In this document: positions 1 through 61,659 of the stretch, in pieces
Layout: each line of letters opens with the position of its first letter
Numbering within the stretch: position 1 is the first letter of the stretch
Source: Octopus vulgaris
Lineage: Eukaryota
Reading direction: 5' to 3'
Assembly (NCBI GenBank): GCA_951406725.2
Contig: OX597814.1
Location: forward strand, 63,550,001-63,614,000
Length of the DNA stretch: 64,000 bases
Notes under the pieces: generated by a model
Told to the model about the DNA's origin: nothing
Databases searched by the model: none
Seen by the model: the letters and a program-made list of their open reading frames with translations, nothing else
Made by a program: the position numbers and the translations under genes

Positions 1-339
1 CATTGGAACACAAGGTAACACAAAAGCGGTTCCATTTGATACCAGCAAGAAATCTATAATGAACTTCTCCACTACACTCGACAAAACAGTAAGGAACGAC
101 TATGGATTTTTTCTATTATACTCTTTATAATATATTTGATAAGGTTCGTCTTTTCAAGAACATGGATTCTATTGAATGTATGTAACATGGATTCAATTGA
201 ATGTATGTAACAATTATGAACTGTTCCATTATACTTTTTATAATAAATTTTTTTGATAAGGTTCGTTTTTTCAAGAACCGAAACATGTAAAATTGAAATT
301 TATCTAATATAGTGGCGTTTTCAAACTTCTTTTTTACAA

Positions 340-344
340 ATATA

Positions 345-440
<96 letters not shown>
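340..440. repeat. (TA)n microsatellite
   Basis: Direct reading. Confidence 0.95.
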
Positions 441-443
<3 letters not shown>

Positions 444-542
444 TAAAGGCGTGATCTAGAGATGTATATATTACATGAGAGTATCTGTGAATGTATGTGT
501 GCTTGTGTGTGACTCGCCTTTTATCTCTCTACTTGAATGTTT

Positions 543-1238
543 AATTTTATTATTTGTCTTCCTGTAAACACTTGTTTGTCTTAATATTAACTCTCAATCT
601 GGCCATGTCTATATATCATTACTTTGCATCATTTAAAATACTGGTTTGACAGACAGGGTGTCTAAACTTTGCACGTTCGTTTCGACCTGCTAGAAATAGA
701 AACCGAGTCTCCCTGGTACAAATCGCCGTTCTGTATCTCTTAATATTTTCACCATTGTAGAACTGATACCTGCGGTTTTGTCTGTTTCGTACGCTGCATT
801 TGTCATACTATTCTCTTTTCATATCTTTCTCTGTAATAGGCTCTGAATTGCAGGTTTTGACTTTGAGGACTCATAACACTTACATTAGCGAGAACCAAAG
901 CCTGAAGATATGAGATTCGATGTCAAGTATTAGTAATGCATTTAATCATTCTTCTAATGAGACAATAATCTTTAATGGACTTGAAATTATTAAAAGAATT
1001 CTTCCCTCTGTTCTATCAGCTGATACATTTGTCTTAGCGATTTGTACCAGGGAGACTCGGTTTCTATTTCTAGCAGGTCGAAACGAACGTGCAAAGTTTA
1101 GACACCCTGTCTGTCAAACCAGTATTTTAAATGATGCAAAGTAATGATATATAGACATGGCCAGATTGAGAGTTAATATTAAGACAAACAAGTGTATTGT
1201 AGCACATACCTTTACAGGAAGACATAAATAATAAAATT
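543..1238. repeat. Long inverted repeat (arms 543-726 and 1037-1238), MITE- or foldback-like
   Basis: 568-726 is the reverse complement of 1037-1195; the match resumes after a 15-bp insert in the right arm. Confidence 0.88.
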
Positions 1239-1371
1239 GGCTGGCTGGTTAATCTTTTTTGTGGATTTCCTTTCCACTCACAGACTTTTACTGCCAATAA
1301 GCCTCTTTCTGAACCACTCATTCATATTTAATCTCTGTATCGTTCTATCTTTACTATAGACATTGAACACT

Positions 1372-1810
1372 GTGAGCTGGCTGAATCGTTAGCACACTGG
1401 TAAAAATGCTTAGCGGCTTTTTACCCGTCTTTACGCTCTGAGTTTCAATTCCTCAGATTTAAACTTTACGTTTGATCCTTCGTGGTCGATCAAATATATA
1501 CTAGTTAAGCACTGGAATAGATTTAATTGACCTATCTCTCTCCTGAACTTGTGAGTTAGTGCCAAAATTTGAATGTATTATGATAGACAGTGAATACGGC
1601 GAGCCGATATTAATCGTTCTTGCTCTGGACAAAATGCTCACAGACATTTCATCAGGCTTTATTCTCGAATTAAAATATCGCTGTGATCGATTTTGTCCTT
1701 CATCTTTTCTGGCTCGACAAAATAAGTCTCAGTTAAACACTGGGATCAATGTAATCGACTTATACACTTCTCTAAAATTACTCGACTTATACTACAATTT
1801 GAAACCATTA
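1372..1810 (+). mobile_element. Two decayed tRNA-derived SINE copies (octopus-type)
   Basis: Similar to the better copy at 5993-6393 (gagctggc...gttagca...aaatgcttagcgg...gtcgat...taatcgact). Confidence 0.65.
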
Positions 1811-3773
1811 CTGTAGAAATTTAATATGAATGATACAATTTTGAGTAGATAATAATCTTCATTTAATATTAAAGTTGTTAGTGACGTTTAATTTTCCTCT
1901 GTCTATTCTTCCAAAACCTTGGCTCATTGCCGTGAATTGTTTAACTATTCCCATAGTAAGCACAGAAATGCTATTTGCAGACCAAAAGAAATTATATTTG
2001 GAAATAATTCATTATGATAAGACAGTAAAAAAATCTCCCATCATAATGACATGCATTCCCTAGAAACCCACTTCTAAATCCCGCCTATAAACCATCTTCA
2101 ACAATTAGGAATCCCAGCTGCACACGTTTTTCTTGCAGCTGTTGTGTTGCAGTTGTTTTAAAGGAAGATAAACAGCATCAATCGAAAAGGGTCTCAAAGT
2201 ATGGTGAAGGCTGTACGATGAGCAAAATTTCCATTCCAATACTCATACACTAACATTAATTATTCTTTCACAAACATTTATCCTTTCACTGATGTAAACA
2301 TTTAGTCCGCGTGGACTCTCCTAATCAATTATACAGATCCTACACTTATTTCAGTTAAGCATACATTTATTGATCATTGTTTCTCAAATTGATGTTCCTC
2401 TTTTGATATAACACAATGAAACTCAACACCTTGGTGAAAATAAGAAAGCGCGCCGATCCATTCACGCATCTATGCTTATACACACACATTTACATATCGT
2501 GAAATGGGGTTACTTTGAACCGTTTTAGACTTCTTATTGCTATAATTTTATAACCTTTTCTTCAATCTTAACAAAATTTGACTATGTTAAACTTATATAT
2601 GAAATAAAAATAAGTTGCAGTCAATATTTGATTACTTTTTCTTATATAATTGTCGCTGTTCAATGTAACCACGAATCAGTAGTATATTTTTGCTTATGTT
2701 CAAAGTTACTCTTATTAGTCGATCCAAACTACAAGTTGATCCTAAAATAAACAAATTATGGTTTAAAGAATTAGACTTTGCAACAGAAAGAAAAACTGAT
2801 TCTGGTTATCAAGCCATAATAAGAAAAAAATGAAAAATTTGGGGTTACACCTCATTAATTCTAAGGGTGAAATATTGTCCATAAATAGCAAAAGCATCAA
2901 AAAATCTTAAATACCTAACTTATATTGGGCACTATTAGTTTGACCCGTAGTAGCAGCTTGCTTACTACCGGAAATAATGATCGGGATAACTTTGAAAGGC
3001 ATGTAATACAAGTTTTTACAAAGATACCAAAATTATAAAAACACTTCAATAGAAAATTATTAACTAGTTATATTAACTAGTTATATTGTTACAAAAGCTT
3101 GTATCTTTTATGCAAGAAGTGCTTCAACTGAAATTTGCTGGGAGTTGAAGGAGTTGACAAATTCTTTCTTTGAGTAGATAATCAAAGTTGCAGCCCTAGT
3201 TTTAAATTCTTTTGATTTTGAAAACTATTAAATCTGGTTTTCTTGCTTCAGTATCTATCCGCTATCTCCCAATAAGTGTTTCAATCCTAAGTGGTATACA
3301 TCATAAAGGTTTCAAAAGTGAATTATTTAAACGTATAAATTTATTACATATCTTGTTGTTGCGTTTTATTTTTATTGTTTCGTATTGTTTTTGTGTTGTT
3401 TTTGTTTAGCACTATTCGACCAAAATACCAGCAGCTGTGACAGTTGTGTCGTATTTGCAGTCCTAATGCATTTAGAACTATATTACCCAATGATTCTTTC
3501 TATTTCTGAAGGACAGTAGGGTCTAATTATAAAGAGAACATCTCCTATATCTAGCAAGTGGAATGACCATCAAGAGTGACAATCAAGAATGACAATCCAA
3601 TAGTGCAATGCATATTTATACGTTATGAAAGGAATCTGTGCATATTTACAGAATAGTGAATATACAATATTATTTATATTGATGAACCAAAAAATGGATA
3701 AAAAGTCCTTGCTGAGCCATTGGCTCTATCATACCGGTTTCCTCAGATTTTGCATATATATAGCCCTCTGCCG

Positions 3774-3809
<36 letters not shown>

Positions 3810-4319
3810 GTTGAGGGGACTGGAGAAACGTGATATGAAATGTTTAGCTCAAAACAAATAACGCTTTACTCATTCGAGGTATCGCAACCACACCCTTAAA
3901 ATCATTCGTGCAATACCACAATTGCTAAGCCACGTGCCTCCATACATCAGCGTATATGAAAACGAATATGTATACAAATTATGTAAATAGAAACATTGCA
4001 TGTATGGATGTAGCTACCTTTGTTTGTGTTATCATTCGAGAGTAAATGACAATGGTAGCTAATGAATTTACTAGTTTAAGGCTTAAATTCCCAAGATTTT
4101 AATTTCACTCAGAGCATTACTGGTTTTGGAATCATGTCGTGAACTTCATTTCCATATGTGTTACTAAATGCCTGTAGATATTGACAAAAGAACAATTGTA
4201 ATCGTTTCATCCTCTGTATCGAAGTAAAGTGATTGAACCCGTTTTAATTAGGTAGTTGTAAACAGGCTTGTTTGAGGTAGGGTATTATTACATATTCACA
4301 ATACATACAAATTGTAACA

Positions 4320-53080
<48,761 letters not shown>

Positions 53081-53493
53081 ATCCGTTCGATCACTGCAAA
53101 ACTCAACAAAAATTACACATAAAAAATACAAGGATTAATAATTGCTACTAATAAACTTTACTTCAACACAGAGTAGCGCACCAGCGAAATGTTAAAGTTT
53201 ACTTATGTATGTATGTATGTATGTATGTATGTATGTATGTATGTATGTATGTATGTATGTATGTATGTATGAATGCACGTATGTATGTCTCTTCTGTTTT
53301 AATAATTTGAATTCTTTCTCTGAAGAAGGAGCTGGTCCCTAACAAAGATGCAAGGCTCCATCTTTGGAATGTAGAAACCAGAGAAAAGTCTTGCATCGTT
53401 TTACAGTTCCATTTCGGGACAGTATCTATAATGTGCTAATCAGTCGGTTGATTTCGTTTTCTCAAAATCCAAGCTTATCCAGGCTGATGTTTG

Positions 53494-53582
<89 letters not shown>

Positions 53583-53754
53583 GTCTGTCTATCTATCTAT
53601 CTATGCATATACATATTTCATTCCGTAGCTACCATCTCTGAGGAGCGTCGGATTATATAATCGCGCTGTTACTTAACCCTCTATTGAAACCCTAGTGCGA
53701 AACTGATTGATATAATATATATATATATAACAAATATATAGATAATATATGCAT

Positions 53755-53812
<58 letters not shown>

Positions 53813-54180
53813 TTTATATATATTATTATGTTTTATTTATATTCTTTATAGTATTAATGTAGAATATAGAATATATAGTACAAATAGTATATATACTAAA
53901 ATGAAATGAAGTATTGACTGTCTTATTGAAGAGATGAAATACTGAATATCAAATATTAAGGGACTAGTATTTCATCTTCAGTGATTTTATGCATGTATAT
54001 TTTATGTGAAAGAAAAAGCATTATGTGATTAAATGTTCGAGATATGAAATGTAACATGGATGACCTTATATTTGTTTGTTCTGCAACCATAGTTTAATAT
54101 ATTTGTCTCATTTAATTGAGCACTTCTATAGCAGCCCTATTAAACATTTTGTTCCTGATAAGAAACAATCACTTTATTAT

Positions 54181-54480
<300 letters not shown>

Positions 54481-54766
54481 CATATCTATTCATACAGTGC
54501 AAACTTGAAGCGCGAGATAAATACAAATAACCAGTATTTAGAAGTCTATATTTGTGTCATTGTACTAGTATAATTTTATATGAATAATTAGTTTGGATGA
54601 TCTACAGTGTATATGAAGAAAATAAAAAAAAATACAAGACAAGTGATTGTTTATCAGATATTTAGTCAAACCATCTTACGTGCATTAACAAAAAAAAATG
54701 GTTATTACTTACATAATGGATTTTAAATATTTAAAAACGTTAGGAAACAAATATACATAACATCTT

Positions 54767-54990
54767 TTAGCTTTTATCTTTTACTTGCTTCAGTTATTCC
54801 ACTGGAGCCACGCTGGGGCAACGCCTTGGAAATCTTTCAGTCGAATTAATCGATCTCAGTAAGTATTTCTTTTAAAGCTGGTGCTTATTCTATCGGTTCT
54901 CTTGCGGAACTGCTTAGTTAGGAATACATAAGCACACAAACACCGATTGAAAAGCATGATGGTGAGGACAAAAACAGCCACAAATTTATA
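54767..54990 (-). mobile_element. SINE 3' tail fragment (also at about 12400-12540 and 17463-17570)
   Basis: Reverse complement of the actgaa.caagtaaaagataaaag tail seen at 45550-45735. Confidence 0.65.
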
Positions 54991-54992
54991 CT

Positions 54993-55060
<68 letters not shown>

Positions 55061-55164
55061 AGCACACACATACATACATGTATAAAATTATATATATAAT
55101 TTTATAGCGGTAACATTGAGAAGAATGAATGTATGTTTGTATCTTTTGTTTATGGTCCCACACA

Positions 55165-58100
55165 ACGGTATCTTGTCGGTGGTTTTTTAACTTGACTTTT
55201 AATTTTTAAGTTCCGCCAATATTCTTTTGACCCATCTGTCTCAGTACGATCAACTTCTTTTGTGAGTATCTTCTTTGTTGTTATCCTGTTCTACACCGTT
55301 CAGGACAACATGTCATTCCTCATGAGACGATAATAACGGAAAAAGATTCTCTCACAGTTGGCAATATTGTGAATGCCTTCGGTATTGGTCTTCTTGCCTG
55401 TCAAAGTTTTTCGCCTTTTATATTGTAGGTACTTGTTCGTGGATTGTGTTATGTAGCCTTCACAGTGGGTTGTCATGAACTTTCCGGAACTCCCCGTTAA
55501 GCTTTTGGCATGATCAATCCCTTCAATGACTTGTGTTTTACGTGCCAAGCACACATATGCTATCTTCTCAGTGAACTGATCCCTTATGTTCTGCCTAATG
55601 CTCTTTAGAGAAAGATCTGTATTGGCTCTTATTTCATACCTCTCCTAAACTTCATGAGCTATCCTAATTTTTGTTGTTGGTTTCATGGTCAGAAACTTGA
55701 GCAAGATAGTTACTGGTCTCTTTCTTCGCCTGCAAATGGTGTTTCAGTGTCAACTGTACGTAATATGGCATCGGTACAGATTGAAAACCACAGCCACCAT
55801 GCTTGCGTGTGAAGTATAGTCTGCCTACATCTTCATTGATGTTGATGTTTCCAGTAGCACTGAACAGCTTGCGAACATCTATGTCATTAGGTTCTTGTGG
55901 TGACCAGTTCAGAAGACCAAACGTAGGTGTGAGGACATGCATTGCAATATATGTTTACTAGAATCTGAGAGTTCTGATAACAATATTCTCTTTAATCCCC
56001 CGAGATATTCATTTCTTGTCCTCTCCTTATTTATGGGTCCATCGAATCTGATATTCGCATCTTGTACGAGATACCTACAAATGTAACCTGACTGTAGAGG
56101 CTGCATTGTCAAGTCGCTTGTTCTTAGGATTTCAGAGGAGGGCACAAACGTCTCATACTTTATTGTTAAGAATACATATCTGGACTCACCAAATTTTATT
56201 CTAATGTCTGTAGAAAATTGGGTCATAAGGTCCAGTTGTTTTGGATATGGTTGATAATTGGCCCATGCAGTTTCAGGTCGTCGACAAAGAAAAGATTGGA
56301 GACACATCTGGATCAATTTCTCTGTTTACTATATTTTATGAGCAAGTATTATAGAGAACTTAACGAGACGATGAAGAATAACACAGACAGGCTATCAACC
56401 TGAATGATGCCATTTTGGGAGTGAATGCTATCCATTTCACTGCCAACTCGTACAATGTTGCTCACTTCTCTTTTCAGCACTGCATTGATATATTTATTTT
56501 TGGTGCTCTTGTTTAGCAGGTGCTACCCGAGTGATACCATACAGCATTCAAAGACCGTCTGCACTGATCTCTATCACCTTCATTTCTTCTGAGGAAGAGT
56601 CTGTCAACATCACTGTTTCCGTGGAAGTTCCCAATTGCGGGTTTTGATATCTATGGAGTGGATTTCCTCTACAGACCAATCAATTATCCCAAATGTTGGG
56701 ATCAGCACTGGTACTGCAAATGCATTGTGGGATATTGCTTAGTTGTAAGAGGAGAGTTCCGACTGCCATATTTTCTTAAGTCTGGTGTAATATTCTCGGG
56801 TCACAATATCTTTATTCACAGTATGATACATTTTCGTCCATGCCTAGGTACTTGTGATATTTATGAACATTTGTTTTAGCTAAATTGCATGCCTATGTCA
56901 GCTGATAATGTTGTCAATTCCAGTTGCTTTTTGGCATTGTTAACACTTTTAGCATAAATCTACAGGTTTTCTACAAAGAAATTATGAATTACTTTGATAG
57001 TTGTAGCATTTGAAGACCCTGGCATGTAACCATTTGTTTTCTGCAATGGGAACGATAATGGATTCAGTGTCAAAATGAAAAGAAGTACAGAAAGGCTATC
57101 TCCACGGAATATTCCCTTTCAAATGACTATACTATCAGAAACAATTATTCTGTTCTCTGTTGTAATGGTTGTCCATGTCTTTGTGAGTCTCTCTACAGTA
57201 GCAATTAAGGTAGTAGGTACTTTACCAGATGTACTTCAACAGACATGAATAAGAGATTGAATCAAATGCCTTCCTATAGTCAAACCATACTGTTACAAGG
57301 TTTCTATGTTGTTTTCTTATTCCAGACAGTACAGCTTTGTTTATTAAAAATTGTTCAGCACATCACCACACTCCCTTCTTTTCACCAGCCTCTTCATCAA
57401 TCACAATGTTGATCGACTCACAATGCTCCTGTAGGGATTGGTTGACGCAACTTGTGTACAGTTTGTTTTTTGGCATTGTTAACACTTTTAGCATAAATCT
57501 ACAGGTCGTCTACAAAGAAATTATTTAGAAATATTTAGACAAGCAATGGGCCTGTAGTTTCCTGCTATCTCGGTGATTTCATTCTTGGCAACAAGATTTG
57601 CCCTTGCTGTAGCAAGCAAATTTGATATATCAGTCTGATCTTCTATAGTTCTTTTGAACATACATATCAATTGGTTTCTATAAAATGTTAGCTTCTTGTA
57701 CCAATATCAAATTATTAGGTCCCTTCCAGGTGCCTTCCCATTCTGCATTTTGCCTACTGCTATAATGAAGGTTTATGAATCAATTTTCTATGTTTTACTC
57801 TTAGTGTTAGTACAATATTCTCTCTCAGATGTATTCAACCATGATGCATTAAGGATGAAATCCCTCTATTCGTTTCAAAGTTTTGACCAGAATCATTGTA
57901 GATCTTCTTGGGAGGGAGCTTTCTTAATGGTAATGTTTTTCTTCCTCATCTCCCTGTATGATGCTTGTGGGTTGTAAGCAAAGTTGTGATTGATATTGGC
58001 TCGTTCAAAAAATCGCATGCGATAGTGCAGTTTCTCGCCCATCGTCCTGGGTTCATGCTTTAAAGTGACTAGCTTTCCATCAAGAGCTCGGTGTGAAGAG

Positions 58101-58960
58101 TTGCCATAAAGTTTCGTTAATTTTTGTCTAAGGTAGAGTTGGTGACGTAAATTCATTTTTCTCCTTACATTTTATTGTTGTAGTTAACTATCCCATATGG
58201 CGGCGCACGTTGTTGATGTTTTCTTCAAGTTTTGTTTTCCGTCTAGGTTGTTTCTGTTTAGTAATTTCGTTCCTTTGTTCACTGTAGATTTCTCTTAGGT
58301 GTTCTTTAAAAGTAATAGCGGTTGTGTATAAAAGAGCATTAATATTCCAGTAATTAAAGTCACATGATTCTATGTGCTTTCCAGTAACATCGTTGATAAC
58401 TTTAAGCATTAGATCGGTCTGATTGTTTCTCTCTTGTTGGGAATGGTCTGTTGTTCAACGAAAGCTTTGAGAAAGTGGCAAAATTTTTTTGCGAATTGTA
58501 ATTTTAAAATGTTTTTGAGTTGGATGTATTCTGCAGTCTTCCTTACTGAATCAGATAAATTTGGAGACACACTCGAATTTAGCGATGAATTATTTGCATT
58601 ATTTTTACGCCGCTTCTGGCAGATTTTGTCCTATTCTCAGTGTTTTGGGAGGATCGAGGACCAGTTGATTTGTTTTTTACAAAAGGTGTTTGTTGTCGGA
58701 GCTGTTTCGCCGTGGAGGTATTTAAGTTGGGATGAGCTTCGTTCCAGTATTGTTTTAACCGCTTCATGTATCCGATTGAAGGGTCATTTCGGGCTTTTTC
58801 ATAGCAACGAAGTAAATCTTAGTTTAGTTGTTGAGTCCAAGTAAAATAGGAAGAGTACTTACGTCTTCTTAAATAACTTACTGGTGAAGTAGTTTGTTTT
58901 CATCGGTGATGACGTTGTTAGTTCCAACTATCGTGGTGTTAGTTTCAGCCATAATCATGT
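55165..58960 (-). mobile_element. Two decayed R4/Dong-type RT segments in tandem
   Basis: Minus strand MKRLKQYWNEAHP, KAPSQED, WFDYRKAFDS, GIFRGDSLSVLLF, DVDRLF; second segment DSLSVLFF, DVGRLYFTRKHGGCG, HCEGY. Confidence 0.85.
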
Positions 58961-59469
58961 TAGCGAGATTCCACGTATAGAAGTATATTTTAAAATCTGT
59001 TCAGGATAACGCTACGTTGGTGAGTAAAATGTATTTCTCTTATTAATTACTGGAGAAATAAACCAGTTACCGATTTAGGTTGGAGAAGTCGGCATATTTC
59101 TAGAGGAAGGTTTGCAAAACGGATTTTATAAATGTTCATCTACACCTGCACGACTGATGTTGACGGCGCCATTATGTATGTATGTATGTATGTATGTATG
59201 TATGTATGTATGTATGTATGTATGTATGTATGTATGTATGTATGTATGTATGCATGTATGTATGTATGTATGTATGTATGCATGCATATATGTATGCAAG
59301 AAGCCTCGTATATGTGTATTCAAAAAACCCCAGATTACTGTGAATTGGATTTTATTATAACTGAATATAAAAACAAACATTAATGTGTATGTGTATGGAG
59401 AGAGACATAGAGGGAGAGAGATGAGGGAGAGAAAGAAACGTAAATACATCAATATATGGAGGAATACTG

Positions 59470-60560
59470 AATGTAAGGTATCTCTCTTGAGGGTGACAGC
59501 TTATCCGTAATACTTTTCCTTCCAGCTGTGAACCTCTTGTCAGCCCTGCCGAGGCAAAACGAACACTACGTGATAGAATCTGTAGATGGAAGGAAGGTTA
59601 ATTTCACTCACAGTTATTTAGGTTGATGACCTCAAGCAAGAACTCAAGTAATATCTATGATACCAGGAGGTAGACGGAACTAGTCATAACAAACTCATCA
59701 ACCTTAGAGGACATACAAATGTAGTTTGGTCAGGACATGTGTTCATATTTGGAAGATAAACAAGGAAAGATTATCGACTCAGCAGCAAATATTGATATGA
59801 ATAGCCTATCTCGCCTATTATCGGTGATGAATGTCGCAACTGCTTCGGAATTGGTGTGAATACTGCATAGATTAGTGCTGTGAGTTAAGCAAGGATGATA
59901 TACTTCAGCAGTCTTCGGAAGATATGAAAGCCAGAAGTGATATCATTCAAGATAACGTATACCACAATGCTTTAGCAATGACATGCTAGTACTAACATTT
60001 GTAATATCAGATTGGGTACTTACAGAAATGTGCAATTTGGACGTCAGGACTAGGAAGAAACTTGGTATCCTTGTATATCATCATTAATACTTATAGGATC
60101 TATATTATACGGAGAGATGGAGATGGTGACATAAACTTAGATATGTTTCGATCAAAGATTGGTCCAGGCCATATCTAACTTAATAGCATCAGCTGATGAA
60201 ACATAATAGAACCACCTGATGAAACTTAATAGCACCGAACGAACCAGACGAACTTTGAGTTTTACTTAGAAAGCAACTGCTGAAAAGATGGCCTGGTAAC
60301 ATCATGCGTATACTCACCAGTGAAAGTCGTAACATTCAGACTAGGCGAAGAAATCCTAAGGAAACACTCCGAATATGAATGGACTGACCTGCTTAGACAG
60401 AGACTTGGATGGAAAACGCTCGTTATAGCAGCAGAAAGTTAAATATCGATACATATCTCACAAGTAACAGTATTTCAGCGGTGTGTAAGTTGAGTTGGTG
60501 TGTTAGTTTAACTCTGCATGCATTCACCCAAGTGTATGCATCTATTCACGTAAGAATCTC
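59470..60560 (+). mobile_element. Very decayed R4/Dong-type RT fragment
   Basis: EGDSLSVILF, VDDLK, FGQD.C remnants. Confidence 0.55.
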
Positions 60561-60839
60561 TCATGGACATTTCTGAAATGTCTTGCAAATATCAGTAATA
60601 AATTGGATTTAGAGCATCCGCTTTAGTTTGTTTTACTCTTTCTCTGCAGAACCCAGTTTCCCATTTTTTTTGTGCAAACTTGTTGATGCTTAACCTATGA
60701 TAATATGTAGAAATGAGAACTGATAGTCAGGGAACAAGTGCTGTAAGTTCTGCATTAATTCTTTCTAAATGTTCTCTTTTACTTGTACTTTTGACTGCTC
60801 ATTTACATCTGCTGGGCAGCTGACCTCTATGGGCGTGTG

Positions 60840-61052
60840 CGTGGTGTGAGTGTGTGTATTTGTGTGAGTAGTATATGTGTGTGTGTGTCTGTGTGTGTGT
60901 GTGTGTGTGTATGTGTGTGTGTCTGTATGTGTATGGGAGAGAGAGAAGGAAAGAGAGAGAGGGAAAGAAAGAGAGAGAAAGAAGGAAAGAGAGAGAGGGA
61001 AAGAAAGAGAGAGAAAGAAGGAAAGAGAGAGAGGGAAAGAAAGAGAGAGAGA
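60840..61052. repeat. (GT)n followed by a GA-rich 36-bp minisatellite (about 3 copies)
   Basis: Direct reading. Confidence 0.85.
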
Positions 61053-61659
61053 CCTCGGTTACAAATAAATTGCAAAGTTTCTGTATGCAGAGTTAATATT
61101 TATGCAAAGGGAATCATTAACACATCTCCCACAATAAATAGGGCACAAAATGTAACTGCATCGCGAAGTATTTCAGCTGTTGGAAGTAGTTTCATTTAAA
61201 AGCATCGCAGCTATCCTTGAGGTAAAGATTTATAAATATTTCAGAGAGAAATAATAGCCACGGGAAGCAACTCCATAGCAGGGATTTATTCATACATGGG
61301 AAGCAACTCCCACAAATATTTCACCCGGTAATTCCCCGTTTACCGTTGCTACTTTTTCGTTTTTTTCTCTTTGTTTTTCTTAGATCAAATGTAGACAAAT
61401 ACTTGTATAGGTATTAAATTGTCCTTATATCTAGATCTAAAATAAACGATCATGTATATAATGAGAGACGATCGATTGTCAGTATCCTAACTTTTTCTTA
61501 TTTGTAGCGAAGGCAGTGTACATTATTCAGTCTGGCTTTTACATTTTAATTTGATAGGTTACGGTTTGAGTTATTCTACTTTTTCTAACAGGTTCAGCAA
61601 GGACGTAGGATTTCCTTTATTGCCACATATGTAGGAGACATTTATCATTGTACGGAGAA

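Noticed and set aside
53925-53981. Hammerhead on the minus strand (ctgaaga + hairpin)
   Set aside because: The hairpin is real but no GAAA follows stem II
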